DNA from: Lysobacterales bacterium
Lineage (GTDB): Bacteria > Pseudomonadota > Gammaproteobacteria > Xanthomonadales > SZUA-5
Reading direction: 5' to 3'
Assembly: GCA_022844165.1 (NCBI GenBank)
Contig: JALHMH010000010.1
Coordinates: forward strand, 32,001 to 96,000
Length of the DNA stretch: 64,000 nt
The notes below the pieces were generated by a model. The model worked only from the letters and a program-made list of their open reading frames with translations, was not told the origin of the DNA and ran no database searches. Made by a program: the position numbers and the translations under genes. Positions within the stretch are counted from its first letter, which is position 1. Each line of letters opens with the position of its first letter. Of this stretch, positions 1-11,198 are shown one piece after another.

Positions 1-138
1 CTGAAAGGCAAAGGTCTGCGTCGCTTGTTCTTGCACGCACACCAGTTGCGCTTTCCATGGGGCGACGACGAGAGACTCTACAGTGCGCCATTGGACGACG
101 ACTTGCGCAGCGTGCTGAGGGTCTTGACCGATGCTTGA
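1..138 (+). CDS. rluC: RluA-family pseudouridine synthase (RluC-like), 3' end only
   Basis: Frame 1 reads LKGKGLRRLFLHAHQLRFPW...SAPLDDDL...*; the RLFLHA..L.F...APL motif is the typical RluC/RluD C-terminus; stop overlaps the next start. Confidence 0.75.
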   Translation: MKGKGLRRLFLHAHQLRFPWGDDERLYSAPLDDDLRSVLRVLTDA

Positions 139-907
139 GCCAGCGCTCGACTTCGGCCGTTTCGCCGGAATTGCTCGCCTCTATGGCATCGCAGCTCTGC
201 AATGCCACGCACGCGCGCACGTTGCGATAATCGGCGTTGGCGGCGTTGGCTCCTGGGCGGCAGAAGCTCTGATCCGTAGTGGTGTTGCCGCGCTCACTCT
301 GATCGATGCCGACGATGTGTGCTTGTCCAACACCAATCGCCAATCCCATGCGCTCGCCGGCAACTTTGGCCGCCCCAAGGTTGACGTGCTCGCTGAGCGT
401 CTCGCCGCGATTAACCCCGAGGCAAAGATCGCGGCTTGCGCTCAGTTCTTGACGCCATCGGGTCTCGATCGACTGCGTGGCTACGATGTCGTGCTCGATT
501 GTTGCGACGCGTTTCGGGTCAAAGTAGAGATGATCGCGTATTGCCGACGGAACAAGATTCGCGTTGTTGTCGTAGGTTCCGCGGGAGGACGCGTCGATCC
601 GACCCAGGTGCGGGTGCGTGATCTGGCGAAGACCGAGCACGATGCGCTGCTCAGTCTCGTCCGCAAGAAGCTCCGCGAAGAGTTTAAGTTTCCGCGCGGC
701 GAAAAGCGTTACTTCGGTGTGCCTGCCGTGTATTCGCTGGAGAACGTTCGTTATCCGACGGTCGATGGCGGCGTTTGTGCGAACAAGCCGAACACGCTGG
801 AATCAGGCCGCCTGGACTGCGGTGGGGGCCTCGGGGCCGCGATGCATGTGACGGGTGCCTTCGCGTTTGCGGCAGTGGCCGAAGTGTTGGCGCGGCTGCA
901 GCGATGA
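131..907 (+). CDS. tcdA: tRNA threonylcarbamoyladenosine dehydratase (ThiF family)
   Basis: RFAGIARLYG, GVGGVGSW, SNTNRQ, GSAGGRVDPT, KTEHDALL, VYSLE and LDCGGGLG motifs. Confidence 0.92.
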   Translation: MLEPALDFGRFAGIARLYGIAALQCHARAHVAIIGVGGVGSWAAEALIRSGVAALTLIDADDVCLSNTNRQSHALAGNFGRPKVDVLAERLAAINPEAKIAACAQFLTPSGLDRLRGYDVVLDCCDAFRVKVEMIAYCRRNKIRVVVVGSAGGRVDPTQVRVRDLAKTEHDALLSLVRKKLREEFKFPRGEKRYFGVPAVYSLENVRYPTVDGGVCANKPNTLESGRLDCGGGLGAAMHVTGAFAFAAVAEVLARLQR

Positions 908-1215
908 GCCTTGCCGCTGACGGGATCTTTAAGATCGTGCGCCGAACGGAGTGGCAGCGGACACTTGCAGCGGGAATCCTCGACGGCTCCGAACACGACC
1001 GGCGCGACGGATTTATCCATCTGGCCACTGCGGATCAAGTTGCCGGTGTACTTGAACGCTACTTTTCGGGAGAACGAGATTTGTTGTTGATTCGAGTCGA
1101 CCCGTCGATGCTCGTGGACTTGCGTTGGGAGACGGGCCGTAGCGGTGTATTTCCTCACCACTACGGACCGATCTGTCTTAGCGCGCTGAAAGTGCTTTGC
1201 GTTGTTCAGCCGTAG
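904..1215 (+). CDS. DUF952 domain protein
   Basis: ATG at 904 overlaps the tcdA stop (ATGA); IFKI...W, D.RDGFIHLAT..QV, LRWE and FPH.YGP motifs. Confidence 0.85.
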   Translation: MSLAADGIFKIVRRTEWQRTLAAGILDGSEHDRRDGFIHLATADQVAGVLERYFSGERDLLLIRVDPSMLVDLRWETGRSGVFPHHYGPICLSALKVLCVVQP

Positions 1216-2747
1216 GTGTAGCTGGAGCCGGGACCCAGCGGCAGACCTAGCGCCCAGTAAGCCAGCAAATACGCGGTCCAGATGACCATGAATGTGATCG
1301 AGTACGGCAGCATCAACGCCACAACGGTGCCGATACCGGTGTTCTTGACGTATTTCTGGCAGAACACAACCACAAGCGGAAAGTACGGCATCAGCGGCGT
1401 AATGATGTTGCTGGACGAATCGCCGACGCGGTAGGCGGCTTGCGTTAAATCCGGCGAGATACCCAGTTGCATCAACATCGGCACAAAGATCGGTGCCAGC
1501 AAGGTCCATTTGGCAGACGCCGATCCGATCAGCAGGTTAACGCTGGCGGTCAGCAGAATGATGCCGACCAATGTGACAGCGATCGGCATCTGTGCCGCCT
1601 TCAGGAACTCCGCGCCTTCGACGGCGATGAGCACGCCCAGATTCGATTGCGAAAACGCCGCGATGAAAATCGCGCAGCAGAACACCAGGACCAGATAGTA
1701 GCCCATCGTGCTCATTGCTTTGGACATGCCGGCAACAATGTCGCGATGCGATTTGACCGTGCCGACCATCGAGCCGTAGATCACGCCTGGAATCAAGAAC
1801 AACAGGAAGATCAAGGGTACGATTGAGCGCATCAACGGCGCATCGGTTGCCGTCAAACTGCCGCTCGGAGAGCGCCATGCCGAGTCGCTCGACATTGCAC
1901 TGAGCAACAGCAGAATCAAGGCCAACGCCATCGAGCCCAATGCGGCCCACATCGCGCGACGCTCGACAGCGTTGAGCGGATCAAACTTGTCGATGCTGGA
2001 CGTATCGCCATCGATCGGCGTGGACTTCAGGCGTGGTTCGATGATCCGGTCAGTCAGGAACCAGACGATCAGAACGACCAAAAGCGACGAGCTGAACGTG
2101 AAATACAAGTTGTTGATCGGCGATACCTGGTGCGCTGGGTCGATGATATTGGCGGCCGCGAGCGTGATGTTCGCTAACAACGGATCCAGGCTGGTCGGCA
2201 GGAAAAATGTGGCACTGTATGCGCCAGAGACCGATGCGAACGCGGCGGCAATACCAGCAAGCGGATGGCGTCCGGCCGCATAGAAGATGACGCCTGCCAG
2301 CGGCGTGACCAGGACGTAGCCGGCGTCTACCGCGTAGTGCGACAGAATGGCGACGAAAGCGACCATTGGCGTCAACAGGGATTTGATCGTCACTTGCATC
2401 AGCGCGCGCAACACCGCGTTAATGAATCCCACATGTTCGGCGATGCCCAGGCCGAGCATCGACACCAGTACCACACCAAGCGGCGGGAAGGTGACGAAGA
2501 CGTTCACCATATTCGACAAGAAAGCTGTCAGCGAAGCGCCCGACAGCAGGTTGACCACTTGCAGCGGCGCTTTGCTGCGTGGATCGATGACGTCGAAGCT
2601 CATGCTCGAAAACAGCCAGCTGGCAACGAACACGATTAACATCAGGGAGACGAAGAGCAGCGCCGGATCGGGTAGTTTGTTTCCGATCCGTTCGACAGCA
2701 TTCAGCAGGCGCGTCAAAGTCGTTGTAGGTGAGGCGGTTTGGGTCAT
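1206..2747 (-). CDS. AbgT-family transporter
   Basis: [40 protein letters not shown] and [13 protein letters not shown] motifs; multiple TM segments; ATG at 2747 chosen. Confidence 0.92.
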   Translation of the reverse strand: MTQTASPTTTLTRLLNAVERIGNKLPDPALLFVSLMLIVFVASWLFSSMSFDVIDPRSKAPLQVVNLLSGASLTAFLSNMVNVFVTFPPLGVVLVSMLGLGIAEHVGFINAVLRALMQVTIKSLLTPMVAFVAILSHYAVDAGYVLVTPLAGVIFYAAGRHPLAGIAAAFASVSGAYSATFFLPTSLDPLLANITLAAANIIDPAHQVSPINNLYFTFSSSLLVVLIVWFLTDRIIEPRLKSTPIDGDTSSIDKFDPLNAVERRAMWAALGSMALALILLLLSAMSSDSAWRSPSGSLTATDAPLMRSIVPLIFLLFLIPGVIYGSMVGTVKSHRDIVAGMSKAMSTMGYYLVLVFCCAIFIAAFSQSNLGVLIAVEGAEFLKAAQMPIAVTLVGIILLTASVNLLIGSASAKWTLLAPIFVPMLMQLGISPDLTQAAYRVGDSSSNIITPLMPYFPLVVVFCQKYVKNTGIGTVVALMLPYSITFMVIWTAYLLAYWALGLPLGPGSSYTYG

Positions 2748-2825
2748 GGCCAATCGCTATTCTTCGCAGAGCCTGGAAGCATAAGTCAGTGTTTCGTCAA
2801 AAATCCCACAATGCTGGAGAAAAGC

Positions 2826-3476
2826 ATGGATGCGACTCAACAAAAGAAGTTGTCGGCTCAGGCCGCAATGAAGTTCGTCGAGCACGGTAGCGTGGTCGGC
2901 GTGGGCACCGGCTCCACGGTCAACGAGTTCATCCCTTTGCTTGGCACCCGCAAACATGACATCGACGGTGCCGTTGCGAGTTCCGAAGCCAGCGCGGCGC
3001 TGCTTAAACAACATGGCATTCGCGTGCTCGAACTGAACAACACCGGCGATTTGCCGCTGTATGTGGATGGCGCCGACGAATGCGATCCGCACTTTCGCCT
3101 GATCAAAGGCGGTGGCGCCGCACTCACGCGAGAGAAGATCATTGCCGCTGCGTCGAAGAAATTCGTCTGTTTGATCGATCACAGCAAACGGGTTGATGTG
3201 CTTGGAAATTTCCCGCTGCCGATTGAGGTTGTCCCAATGGCCCGTAGCTATGTTGCGCGCCAGTTGGTTGCCCGCGGCGGCCATCCGGTTTGGCGACCGA
3301 ATGTTGTGACGGACAATGGTAACGTCATCCTCGATGTGCACGGGTTGCGCATTGTGCATCCTGAGGAAACGGAGCGCGATTTGAACCAGATCCCCGGTAT
3401 CGTGACAGTCGGCTTGTTCGCACTGCGCCGCGCCGATGTGGTGGTCTGCGCAGGCGAGACTTTGGAGCGTGCTTAA
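2826..3476 (+). CDS. rpiA: ribose-5-phosphate isomerase A
   Basis: [24 protein letters not shown] and VVTDNGN motifs. Confidence 0.97.
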   Translation: MDATQQKKLSAQAAMKFVEHGSVVGVGTGSTVNEFIPLLGTRKHDIDGAVASSEASAALLKQHGIRVLELNNTGDLPLYVDGADECDPHFRLIKGGGAALTREKIIAAASKKFVCLIDHSKRVDVLGNFPLPIEVVPMARSYVARQLVARGGHPVWRPNVVTDNGNVILDVHGLRIVHPEETERDLNQIPGIVTVGLFALRRADVVVCAGETLERA

Positions 3477-3580
3477 CGGACGGACGTCGGTTTTGAGGCA
3501 AGCCTATTTTTTCCGTGACGCGACGCGCCTGGGCGTTTAGTTTAGTCGCATTGAGATGACGCGACCTTGGGGAGGCGCCA

Positions 3581-4222
3581 GTGAATCCGCGGATCCGTAT
3601 TGCCATTGTCGATGACCATGCGCTGATGCGCGCGGGCTTTCGAGCGATCCTGTCAGCACAGTCCGATCTGGAAATCGTTGGCGAAGGTGAGTGTGGCGAA
3701 GATGCGCTTGCGCTCGTGCGCGAGTTGAAGCCGGACGTTATGTTGCTCGATGTCTCGATGCCGGGAATGAGCGGCATCGACGTCACGCAACGACTAATGC
3801 TCTCCAAGAGTGCAACGCGTGTTGCCATTGTGACGATGCACGCTGATGGGCCATTGCCCAAGCTGCTGCTCGAAAACGGCGCAGCAGCTTATCTGACGAA
3901 AGGCTGCCCGGCCGAAGAATTGGTCGATGCCGTGCGCAAGATCGCCCGCGGTGGGCGCTACGTGGACCGAGCGATCGCGCAGCGTTTGGCCATTGCCAAC
4001 GCTCAAGGCGAAACGTGCCCGCTGGACGAGCTGTCAGCGCGCGAGCTGGAAGTGGCTTTGATGGTCGGGCGCGGCGAGCGTTCCAGCGATATCGCCCGGC
4101 GTCTGGCCCTCAGCGAAAAAACCGTACACACTTATAAGGCGCGCATCTACGCCAAGCTCGGCATCGACAATGATCCGGCGATTACCCTGATTTTGTTGCG
4201 CTTCGGGCTGATTTCGATGTAG
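3581..4222 (+). CDS. NarL/LuxR-family response regulator (UvrY/GacA-like)
   Basis: REC domain (VDDH, LLDVSMPG, YLTK) plus LuxR HTH (LSARELEV...LSEKTVHTYKARI); GGGAGG RBS before GTG. Confidence 0.9.
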   Translation: MNPRIRIAIVDDHALMRAGFRAILSAQSDLEIVGEGECGEDALALVRELKPDVMLLDVSMPGMSGIDVTQRLMLSKSATRVAIVTMHADGPLPKLLLENGAAAYLTKGCPAEELVDAVRKIARGGRYVDRAIAQRLAIANAQGETCPLDELSARELEVALMVGRGERSSDIARRLALSEKTVHTYKARIYAKLGIDNDPAITLILLRFGLISM

Positions 4223-4302
4223 GTCAGGTTGTCACCATCGGCAACCAGTATTTGCGGGTGGTCGAACTCGCGGCCCAATTCCTTTTTTGCAAGATAATTT
4301 TC

Positions 4303-5445
4303 ATGTCCGAACCGATTCCAGCGTTTTCCGGCGAACAGACAGCGATGGTCGCCAATAACGCCCTGCCGCAATTAAGTCCGACGCAACGCAAATTCCAAAA
4401 ACTGTCTCGTCAGGTCGAGGGGCAGAAGGCGTATCTGATTGAACTGAAGGACGTTTTGCAGCGGCTGCAAAGTCGGGCGGCAGGAGAGCTGCTGCCGATC
4501 CACGAACGCTTTACCCTTGCGCGACGGGCTTTGGTCCAGGCCATCGACGCGGCGTTTCAAGAAGGCGTTAAGCTGGGACGCAATCAGCGCCGAAACGTCG
4601 TTTCGTGGTTGCTTCAACTGTGCGATGCGTTGTTGAGTGAAGACCGGGAAGACGAGCCGACTCGTGCGGTCTACGATCGGCATAGCGATCTGCCGTGGCA
4701 ACAGATGCACAGCGACCGCAGCGATTTTCTGCAGGCGTTCGAAGACGAGCTGATGCGCAATATGTTTGGCGATGAAGTTGTCGACGTTCGTAAAGGCGAT
4801 GGGTTCGGGGACTTCCTGAGCGGCATGGAAGCAGATGGGGGTGCCGCGCCGAGCAAACCGCAACGCAAGCCCAGTAAACGCCAACTGGAGAAACAAGCAC
4901 AACGCGAACGGGAAGAGAGAGAAGCCAGTCAGAGCGTGCGCGAGATCTATCGCAAGCTGGCGAGCGCAGTCCACCCGGACCGTGAGGTCGATGCGGAGCG
5001 TAAGGCCCAACGCACGGAACTGATGCAACGGATCAACAGCGCATACGAGGCCAACGACTTGCTGGCGCTGTTGGCGCTGCAGCGTCAGGCGGAAGGTTTC
5101 GCCGCCGAGGAGGCGATGAATGCATCGGAAGAGCGGCTGAAAATCTTTGTTCGACTGCTTAAGGAACAGGTCGAGGCATTGACCGATGAGGTCAATGAAC
5201 TTCTCGTCGTATTGCGCAGTCTGGCGGGCGCAAAGGGACGCTGGATGAACAGGGCGACGGATTTTGAAGCGGATTTCGAGATCGGTTTGCGCGAGGCAAA
5301 AAGAGAGCTGCGGTTGATCGAAAACGACTTGTCGCTGGCGCGCAGTCCAGCGACGGTGAGTGAGTACCTGCGCTCGCTGGCCGAGACGCTTCGTCTCCGC
5401 AATCAACGCGCCCGTCGCGAACCACGCGGTGCGAATCGGTGGTAG
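4303..5445 (+). CDS. coiled-coil protein with internal J-domain (DnaJ-like)
   Basis: IYRKLASAVHPD...MQRINSAYE is J-domain helix II-HPD-helix III, flanked by long helical/coiled-coil segments; start uncertain. Confidence 0.8.
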   Translation: MSEPIPAFSGEQTAMVANNALPQLSPTQRKFQKLSRQVEGQKAYLIELKDVLQRLQSRAAGELLPIHERFTLARRALVQAIDAAFQEGVKLGRNQRRNVVSWLLQLCDALLSEDREDEPTRAVYDRHSDLPWQQMHSDRSDFLQAFEDELMRNMFGDEVVDVRKGDGFGDFLSGMEADGGAAPSKPQRKPSKRQLEKQAQREREEREASQSVREIYRKLASAVHPDREVDAERKAQRTELMQRINSAYEANDLLALLALQRQAEGFAAEEAMNASEERLKIFVRLLKEQVEALTDEVNELLVVLRSLAGAKGRWMNRATDFEADFEIGLREAKRELRLIENDLSLARSPATVSEYLRSLAETLRLRNQRARREPRGANRW

Positions 5446-5535
5446 CTCATGACGGTTCAATGAATCTGCAACCACCCGAACCGTCATCACAGTTGGGCTG
5501 ATATTGTCGGCATCACCCCCCGGTGAGTAGCTGCC

Positions 5536-7851
5536 GTGTCCGACGCCCCCGCTCTGCCGCTCGATCGCCTGCTACGCCCGCGCTCGTTGGCATTGATTGG
5601 TGCCAGCGATCAACCGGACTCGCTGGGCACCACGATCGTGCAGCAGGTGCTGAGTAGTCCGTTTGCTGGCGACGTACACCTGGTCAATCGACATCGCGCG
5701 ACGGTGTTTGACCGCCCCACGCTCAACGATGCTGGATACCTGCCGGGTGACGTCGATCTGGCGATCGTGATGACGCCATGGGTGACCGTGCCGCAAGTGA
5801 TCGATGCCCTGACGGAACGACGATGCGCCGCGGCGGTGATTGTCGATATCGCCAGCGAACGTGGGTGGCCCTGGGCCTCAACAGCGCACGTGTTGACGCG
5901 GCTCAAGAAACGCCTGGCCAGGTCCGGGATGTGTGTGATCGGTCCGGCCAGCCAGGGCGTCATGTTGGCGCGCGAACAATTGAATCTGAGCCTGTGTCCG
6001 GTGATGCCGCCGCCGGGGGGTATCGGCTTTGTCGCAGCTTCGGGCGCGATCGCCAGCGTCATCGCCGATTGGGCGCAAACGCGGGGCGTCGGCATGTCGG
6101 CGTTGTTGTCGCTTGGCGATGCGATCGACGTGTCGTTGGCCGATTGTCTTGATGCGTTTGCACGCGATCCGAAGACACGCGCCGTATTGGTGCATTTGGG
6201 CGACTTGCCGAATCCGCGGGAAACGCTCTCGGCTGCGCGTGCGTTAGCTTTCAAGAAGCCCGTCGTCGTGCTGCGCTCGCAACGCCATGGCGACGCTGAC
6301 GCTGTGCTGAGCAATGCCCTGCACCGCGCGGCATTCCTGCGCGCAGGTCTGCTTCAGGTCGACGATTTGGAGGAATTGTGTGCCGCGACGAACGTCGATT
6401 TGCCGGCCTGGCCACATGCCGGCAAGCGCTTTGCGATCGTCGCGAATGGCCCGGCGTTGGGCGAACTGGCGGCCGATGCCGTTATCGCGAGCGACAGCGA
6501 ACTGGCGGTTTTAACGCCCACCACCGTCAAAGCGCTGCGCCAATTGTTGCCGCCGCGTTCCGACATCGCCAATCCCCTCGACTTAAAGCGCGATGCGGGG
6601 CCTGAGCGTTACAACTCGGCACTGAAGCTGTTGGCGGTGGATCCAGCTGTCGATGTGGTCCTGCTGCTGCATCATCCAACACGTTTTGCGCAAGGCGAAG
6701 AAATCGCGGCTGCGCTCGACAGCGTCGATCACCATGATGCATTGGCATTGGCGGCGTTTGCCGGCGCCGAGCAGCAACGTGCGCGTCGTATGCTTGCAGA
6801 GCATGGCATCGCAGCGTTTCCAACGCCGGAATCTGCGGTGCGCGCTTACGCATTGAACCGTCGACACTATGCCCAGAAAGCTGGGCTGCTGAAGACGCCG
6901 CCGCCACTGCAACGTTGGCCAGACGTGCGTCTGGCCGCGTTCCAGGACATCGCACGCGATGGCGATTGGCCGACGGAACAAATTCGGGCACTCATTGCAC
7001 TGATGAAGTTGTCGATCGACTTCGACGAAGTTCCGGGCGCGGTCGCGCTCACGCTTGAGGCGCATCCGTTCGGTCTGCACGCACGGGCTGGCGAGAGGAT
7101 CGAGTTTTTTCCGTTGGATCGCGCCCGCGCTGCAAATCTGACACTTGAGGTTCCGCCGGCCTTCGCTGGCCAGTGGGCGGCGGATGTGTTGGTGATGGCC
7201 GACTGGATGAGCGCGCTGCCCATGTTGCGCAACATCCGTATCAGCAACTTGCGCGCGGACACCCTGGGGCGGCTGGTCGCGCGCATCGACGTGCGTTGTG
7301 ATCTCGCCGCGAAGCGTACCGCCTTCGCCTTCGCACCGTATCCGTGGCAGCTGTTGCAGGAAGTGGTTCTGCCTACCGGCGAGGTCGGACTGTTACGTGC
7401 GATCCGCGCGGAAGATGAGCCGGCGCTGCAAGAAGGTTTCACGCGGCTCAGTCCAGAGGAGATCAGGCTGCGCTTTCTTTATCCACTGAAGGGGCTGACG
7501 CACGATTTAGCGGCGCGCTTGACGCAACTCGATGATGATCGCGAAATCGCGCTGGTGGTCACGGATCTCGAGCCGCCGGGTCAAGCGCGATTGATGAGCG
7601 TGGTTCGCGCCAGTCTCGATCCGCAGCGCCGCGAAGCCGAATTTGCGATCGTGATTCCTAAACAACTGAGTGGTGCCGGGCTCGGTACCCGGCTGCTACG
7701 TCAATTGATCGATATCGTCCGTGAGCGCGGGATCCGCCGCATGGTCGGCGACACGCTGCCGGAAAATGAGCCCATGCGCCGGCTTGCTGCCAAGCTCGGG
7801 TTCCAGGAGCGCTTCGTCGATTCCCTGGTGCGCCTGGAGTTGGATTTGTAG
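5536..7851 (+). CDS. Pat/YfiQ-type protein lysine acetyltransferase (acyl-CoA synthetase-like domains plus C-terminal GNAT)
   Basis: PRSLALIGAS CoA-binding start, NPLDL, FPTPESAVRA, and a C-terminal GNAT (RAIRAEDE, AEFAIVI, GLGTRLL, N.PM..LA.KLGF). Confidence 0.85.
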   Translation: MSDAPALPLDRLLRPRSLALIGASDQPDSLGTTIVQQVLSSPFAGDVHLVNRHRATVFDRPTLNDAGYLPGDVDLAIVMTPWVTVPQVIDALTERRCAAAVIVDIASERGWPWASTAHVLTRLKKRLARSGMCVIGPASQGVMLAREQLNLSLCPVMPPPGGIGFVAASGAIASVIADWAQTRGVGMSALLSLGDAIDVSLADCLDAFARDPKTRAVLVHLGDLPNPRETLSAARALAFKKPVVVLRSQRHGDADAVLSNALHRAAFLRAGLLQVDDLEELCAATNVDLPAWPHAGKRFAIVANGPALGELAADAVIASDSELAVLTPTTVKALRQLLPPRSDIANPLDLKRDAGPERYNSALKLLAVDPAVDVVLLLHHPTRFAQGEEIAAALDSVDHHDALALAAFAGAEQQRARRMLAEHGIAAFPTPESAVRAYALNRRHYAQKAGLLKTPPPLQRWPDVRLAAFQDIARDGDWPTEQIRALIALMKLSIDFDEVPGAVALTLEAHPFGLHARAGERIEFFPLDRARAANLTLEVPPAFAGQWAADVLVMADWMSALPMLRNIRISNLRADTLGRLVARIDVRCDLAAKRTAFAFAPYPWQLLQEVVLPTGEVGLLRAIRAEDEPALQEGFTRLSPEEIRLRFLYPLKGLTHDLAARLTQLDDDREIALVVTDLEPPGQARLMSVVRASLDPQRREAEFAIVIPKQLSGAGLGTRLLRQLIDIVRERGIRRMVGDTLPENEPMRRLAAKLGFQERFVDSLVRLELDL

Positions 7852-7876
7852 CGTCAGGCGAACGCGCGCCGCGTAT

Positions 7877-7954
7877 GCAGCGCTCAATGGGGGTTGTGGC
7901 AAGTACGGTGTCTGGCGAAGCCAACAATGCTCGGCAGTCTGAGGCGAAGCCTCG
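7877..7954. repeat. 78-bp dispersed hairpin-rich repeat, copy 1 (REP/MITE-like)
   Basis: 72/78 identical by hand alignment to the reverse complement of 20973-21050; lies between convergent genes and abuts the ychF stop; contains two GCGAAGC mini-hairpins. Confidence 0.9.
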
Positions 7955-9046
7955 CTACACATTGAATCGAAAGTGCAGTACATCGCCCTCTTGCACGATG
8001 TATTCCTTGCCTTCCAAACGCAGTTTGCCGGCTTCTTTTGCGCCCGCTTCGCCTCTGAGCCGGATGTAGTCGTCATAACCGATGGTCTCGGCGCGAATAA
8101 AGCCTTTTTCAAAGTCGGTATGGATCACACCTGCCGATTGCGGTGCGGTGAATCCGGCTTTGATGGTCCAGGCGCGCACTTCTTTTTCGCCAGCGGTAAA
8201 GTAAGTCCGAAGCCCCAGCAGTTTGTACCCCGCCCGTATGACTCGGTTGAGTCCGGGTTCGTCCAGGCCCATGTCTGCCAGGAAGGCGCCGCGATCGGCC
8301 TCATCCAGCTGACTCAACTCTTCTTCGATGGCCGCCGAAACGGGCACCACTTCGGCGCTCTCGGTCGCGGCCCGTGCTCGAACGGCATCGAGATGGGAAT
8401 TGTGAGTGAAACCGTCCTCGCGCACATTGGCGACGTACATCACTGGTTTCATCGTCAGCAGAAACAACTCGCGCAGCATTGCCTTCTCTTCCGGCGCGAG
8501 TTCGACGCTTCGCGCAGGCTTGCCCTGGTTCAAGGCGTCGCGAACTTTCGTCAGCACCGGTTTGCGTGCGATGGCGTCCTTGTCGTTGGCCTTTGCGGCG
8601 CGCTCAGCGCGATTCAACGCTTTCTCGACGCTATCGAGATCGGCCAGAGCCAGTTCCGTGTCGATCGTGTCGATATCCGACATTGGGTCGACTTTGCCGG
8701 CGACGTGGATGATGTCGCTGTGCTCGAAACAGCGCACCACATGCGCAATCGCATCCACCTCGCGAATGTGCGCCAGGAACTGGTTGCCCAAACCCTCGCC
8801 TTGCGCGGCACCTTTCACCAACCCGGCGATATCGACAAATTCGATCGTCGTCGGGATGATCTTCAGCGGTTTGGCGATCGATGCCAAGGCATCCAGCCGT
8901 GGATCCGGCACTGGCACCGCGCCAATATTCGGATCGATCGTGCAGAACGGATAATTGGCGGCAGCAATGCCGGCTTTGGTCAACGCATTAAAAAGTGTCG
9001 ATTTGCCCACGTTTGGCAAGCCGACAATGCCGCATTTGATCCCCAT
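7955..9046 (-). CDS. ychF: redox-regulated ATPase YchF
   Basis: [40 protein letters not shown] domain ending HFRFNV. Confidence 0.98.
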   Translation of the reverse strand: MGIKCGIVGLPNVGKSTLFNALTKAGIAAANYPFCTIDPNIGAVPVPDPRLDALASIAKPLKIIPTTIEFVDIAGLVKGAAQGEGLGNQFLAHIREVDAIAHVVRCFEHSDIIHVAGKVDPMSDIDTIDTELALADLDSVEKALNRAERAAKANDKDAIARKPVLTKVRDALNQGKPARSVELAPEEKAMLRELFLLTMKPVMYVANVREDGFTHNSHLDAVRARAATESAEVVPVSAAIEEELSQLDEADRGAFLADMGLDEPGLNRVIRAGYKLLGLRTYFTAGEKEVRAWTIKAGFTAPQSAGVIHTDFEKGFIRAETIGYDDYIRLRGEAGAKEAGKLRLEGKEYIVQEGDVLHFRFNV

Positions 9047-9162
9047 GATGACCTGGTCCGTCGTTCGAGGGCGCGGAGTCTACGCGGTAGTGGCTGGCAT
9101 CGCTGAAGATCTGATGAAGCGGATGCTGCACATAGCGTGCAGGAATAGCGCTACCGGCAGGT

Positions 9163-9855
9163 TTAGATGCCGACCTCAGGCGCCGCAATTTTCCCGCCCT
9201 TCATCTCCAGCACCCGATCCATGCGTGCTGCGAGGCGCTTGTCGTGCGTCACGATCACGAGGCTCGTGCCAATTTCGCGGTTCAAGGACAGCATTAGTTC
9301 GTAGACTGCACCGGCGGTGCGCTCATCGAGATTGCCCGTGGGCTCATCGCCCAGCACGCATGCCGGTTTGGTGATCAGCGCCCGCGCCACGGCGGCGCGC
9401 TGACGTTCCCCACCCGATAGTTCACCCGGCTTGTGCTCCAGCCGTGGTCTCAAGCCCACGCGATCGAGCAGGTCGGCGGCGCGCGCCATCGCATCAGCCG
9501 GCTTCTGCCCCGCAATCAGCAGCGGCATTGCGACATTCTCTTGCGCAGTGAACTCCGGCAACAGATGGTGGAACTGGTAGACAAAACCAAGTGCCCGGTT
9601 GCGCAATCGACCACGCTCGGCGTCACTCAACTGGCTCATCGTTTTGCCGAGAACCTGTACCTCTCCGGCGGTGGGCAGATCGAGCCCACCCAGGATATGC
9701 AGCAAGGTGCTCTTGCCGGCGCCAGAGGAACCAATGATCGCCACACTCTCTCCACCACGGACCGCGATATCGACATCGCGCAGAACCTCCACCCGCAAAC
9801 TGCCGTCGACGAATACCTTGCTGATACCGGTGGCCTGGAGAACGATGTCATTCAT
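9163..9855 (-). CDS. lolD: lipoprotein-releasing ABC transporter ATP-binding protein
   Basis: GSSGAGKS Walker [11 protein letters not shown] LolD motif, [16 protein letters not shown]; ATG overlaps the lolC/E stop. Confidence 0.95.
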   Translation of the reverse strand: MNDIVLQATGISKVFVDGSLRVEVLRDVDIAVRGGESVAIIGSSGAGKSTLLHILGGLDLPTAGEVQVLGKTMSQLSDAERGRLRNRALGFVYQFHHLLPEFTAQENVAMPLLIAGQKPADAMARAADLLDRVGLRPRLEHKPGELSGGERQRAAVARALITKPACVLGDEPTGNLDERTAGAVYELMLSLNREIGTSLVIVTHDKRLAARMDRVLEMKGGKIAAPEVGI

Positions 9856-11098
9856 AGCGCAGCGCCTGCGCCGGTTGTGTGCGCGCCGCTCGCCATGACG
9901 GGTACAGCGTGGCCAGCGCCGAAAACACGATCGATAACACACCGATTCTGGCCACATCGGGGTATCTCAATTCGCTCGGTAGCTGGTTGATGTAGTAGAT
10001 ATCGCCGGGCATCGCTTCGAATCCGAAGGTGCGTTCCAGGAAGGGAACGATGATGTGGATGTTCTCCGCAATCGCCACGCCGCCAGCCAACCCCATCAAC
10101 GTGCCGATCACACCGGCAGTCAAGCCCTGAATGATGAAGATCCCCATGACCAGACGCGGACTGGCTCCGAGCGTGCGCAAGATGGCGATATCTGCCTGTT
10201 TGTCGGTCACGACCATCACCAGAGTCGATACCAGATTAAACGCGGCTACGGCGACGATCAGCGACAAGATGATGAACATCACGAACTTCTCGGTTTTCAC
10301 CGCACGAAAGAAGTTGACGTTCTGCTGCGTCCAGTCGCTGACGCGATACTCCTCGCCGAGCATCGTGCCGACATCGGTTGCCACGCGCCATGCCTTGAAC
10401 ATGTCGGTCAGTTTCAGTCGCACGCCGCTGACGCCATTGCCCTCGCGAAACAACCTGGCGGCATCTTCGATGTGCACAAAGGCGAACCCGCGGTCGTATT
10501 CGAACATGCCGACCTCGAAAATGCCGCTGACTTCGAAACGCCGCATCTGTGGAATGACGCCCACTGGCGTTGCGCGCATCTGCGGCGCCATCAAGGTGAC
10601 ATAGTCGCCGACGCGCACGCCCAACAAATAGGCCAGCTCGCTGCCGAGCACGATGCGGTACTCGCCGCTGACCAGACTATCGAAGGAGCCGTGCTGCATT
10701 TTTTCGGTGACTTCCGACACGCCGCCTTCGAGTTGCGGCACGACGCCGCGAATCATCACGCCAGAGATGCGCCGCGATTGCAGCATGCCCTCGCGCTCGA
10801 TATACGGTGCGGCGCCGATCACCTCTGGGTTCTGCAGGGCAGCATCGGCAACCCGTTGCCAGTTGTCCAGGCTCGCACCTGGTTGGGTGATCGTGGCGTG
10901 CGACACCATGCCCAGAATGCGCGCGCGCAGCTCACGTTCGAAACCGTTCATCACAGAGATGACGATGATCAGCGCCGCCACGCCAAGCGCGATGCCCAGC
11001 ATCGATACTAAGGAAATAAATGAGATGAAGTGGTTGCGCCGTTTGGCGCCGGTGTAGCGCAAGCCAATGGCGGCAGACAGGGGATGAAAGAGGCGCAT
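9848..11098 (-). CDS. lipoprotein-releasing ABC transporter permease (LolC/E family)
   Basis: [40 protein letters not shown] and PAQALRYE motifs. Confidence 0.95.
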   Translation of the reverse strand: MRLFHPLSAAIGLRYTGAKRRNHFISFISLVSMLGIALGVAALIIVISVMNGFERELRARILGMVSHATITQPGASLDNWQRVADAALQNPEVIGAAPYIEREGMLQSRRISGVMIRGVVPQLEGGVSEVTEKMQHGSFDSLVSGEYRIVLGSELAYLLGVRVGDYVTLMAPQMRATPVGVIPQMRRFEVSGIFEVGMFEYDRGFAFVHIEDAARLFREGNGVSGVRLKLTDMFKAWRVATDVGTMLGEEYRVSDWTQQNVNFFRAVKTEKFVMFIILSLIVAVAAFNLVSTLVMVVTDKQADIAILRTLGASPRLVMGIFIIQGLTAGVIGTLMGLAGGVAIAENIHIIVPFLERTFGFEAMPGDIYYINQLPSELRYPDVARIGVLSIVFSALATLYPSWRAARTQPAQALRYE

Positions 11099-11198
11099 TT
11101 AGTGGTGCACGCCTTCGTAGGCTGACGATTTCAACCAAAACTCCTTTTGCGAGCCGGTCACGTGGACCGACGACATTGCTGTCCGACGTTTCGCCATG

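Noticed and set aside
7973-9106. Long antisense ORFs (here opposite ychF; also 4372, 13805, 39435, 42340)
   Set aside because: Shadow frames expected from GC-rich codon usage opposite well-supported genes
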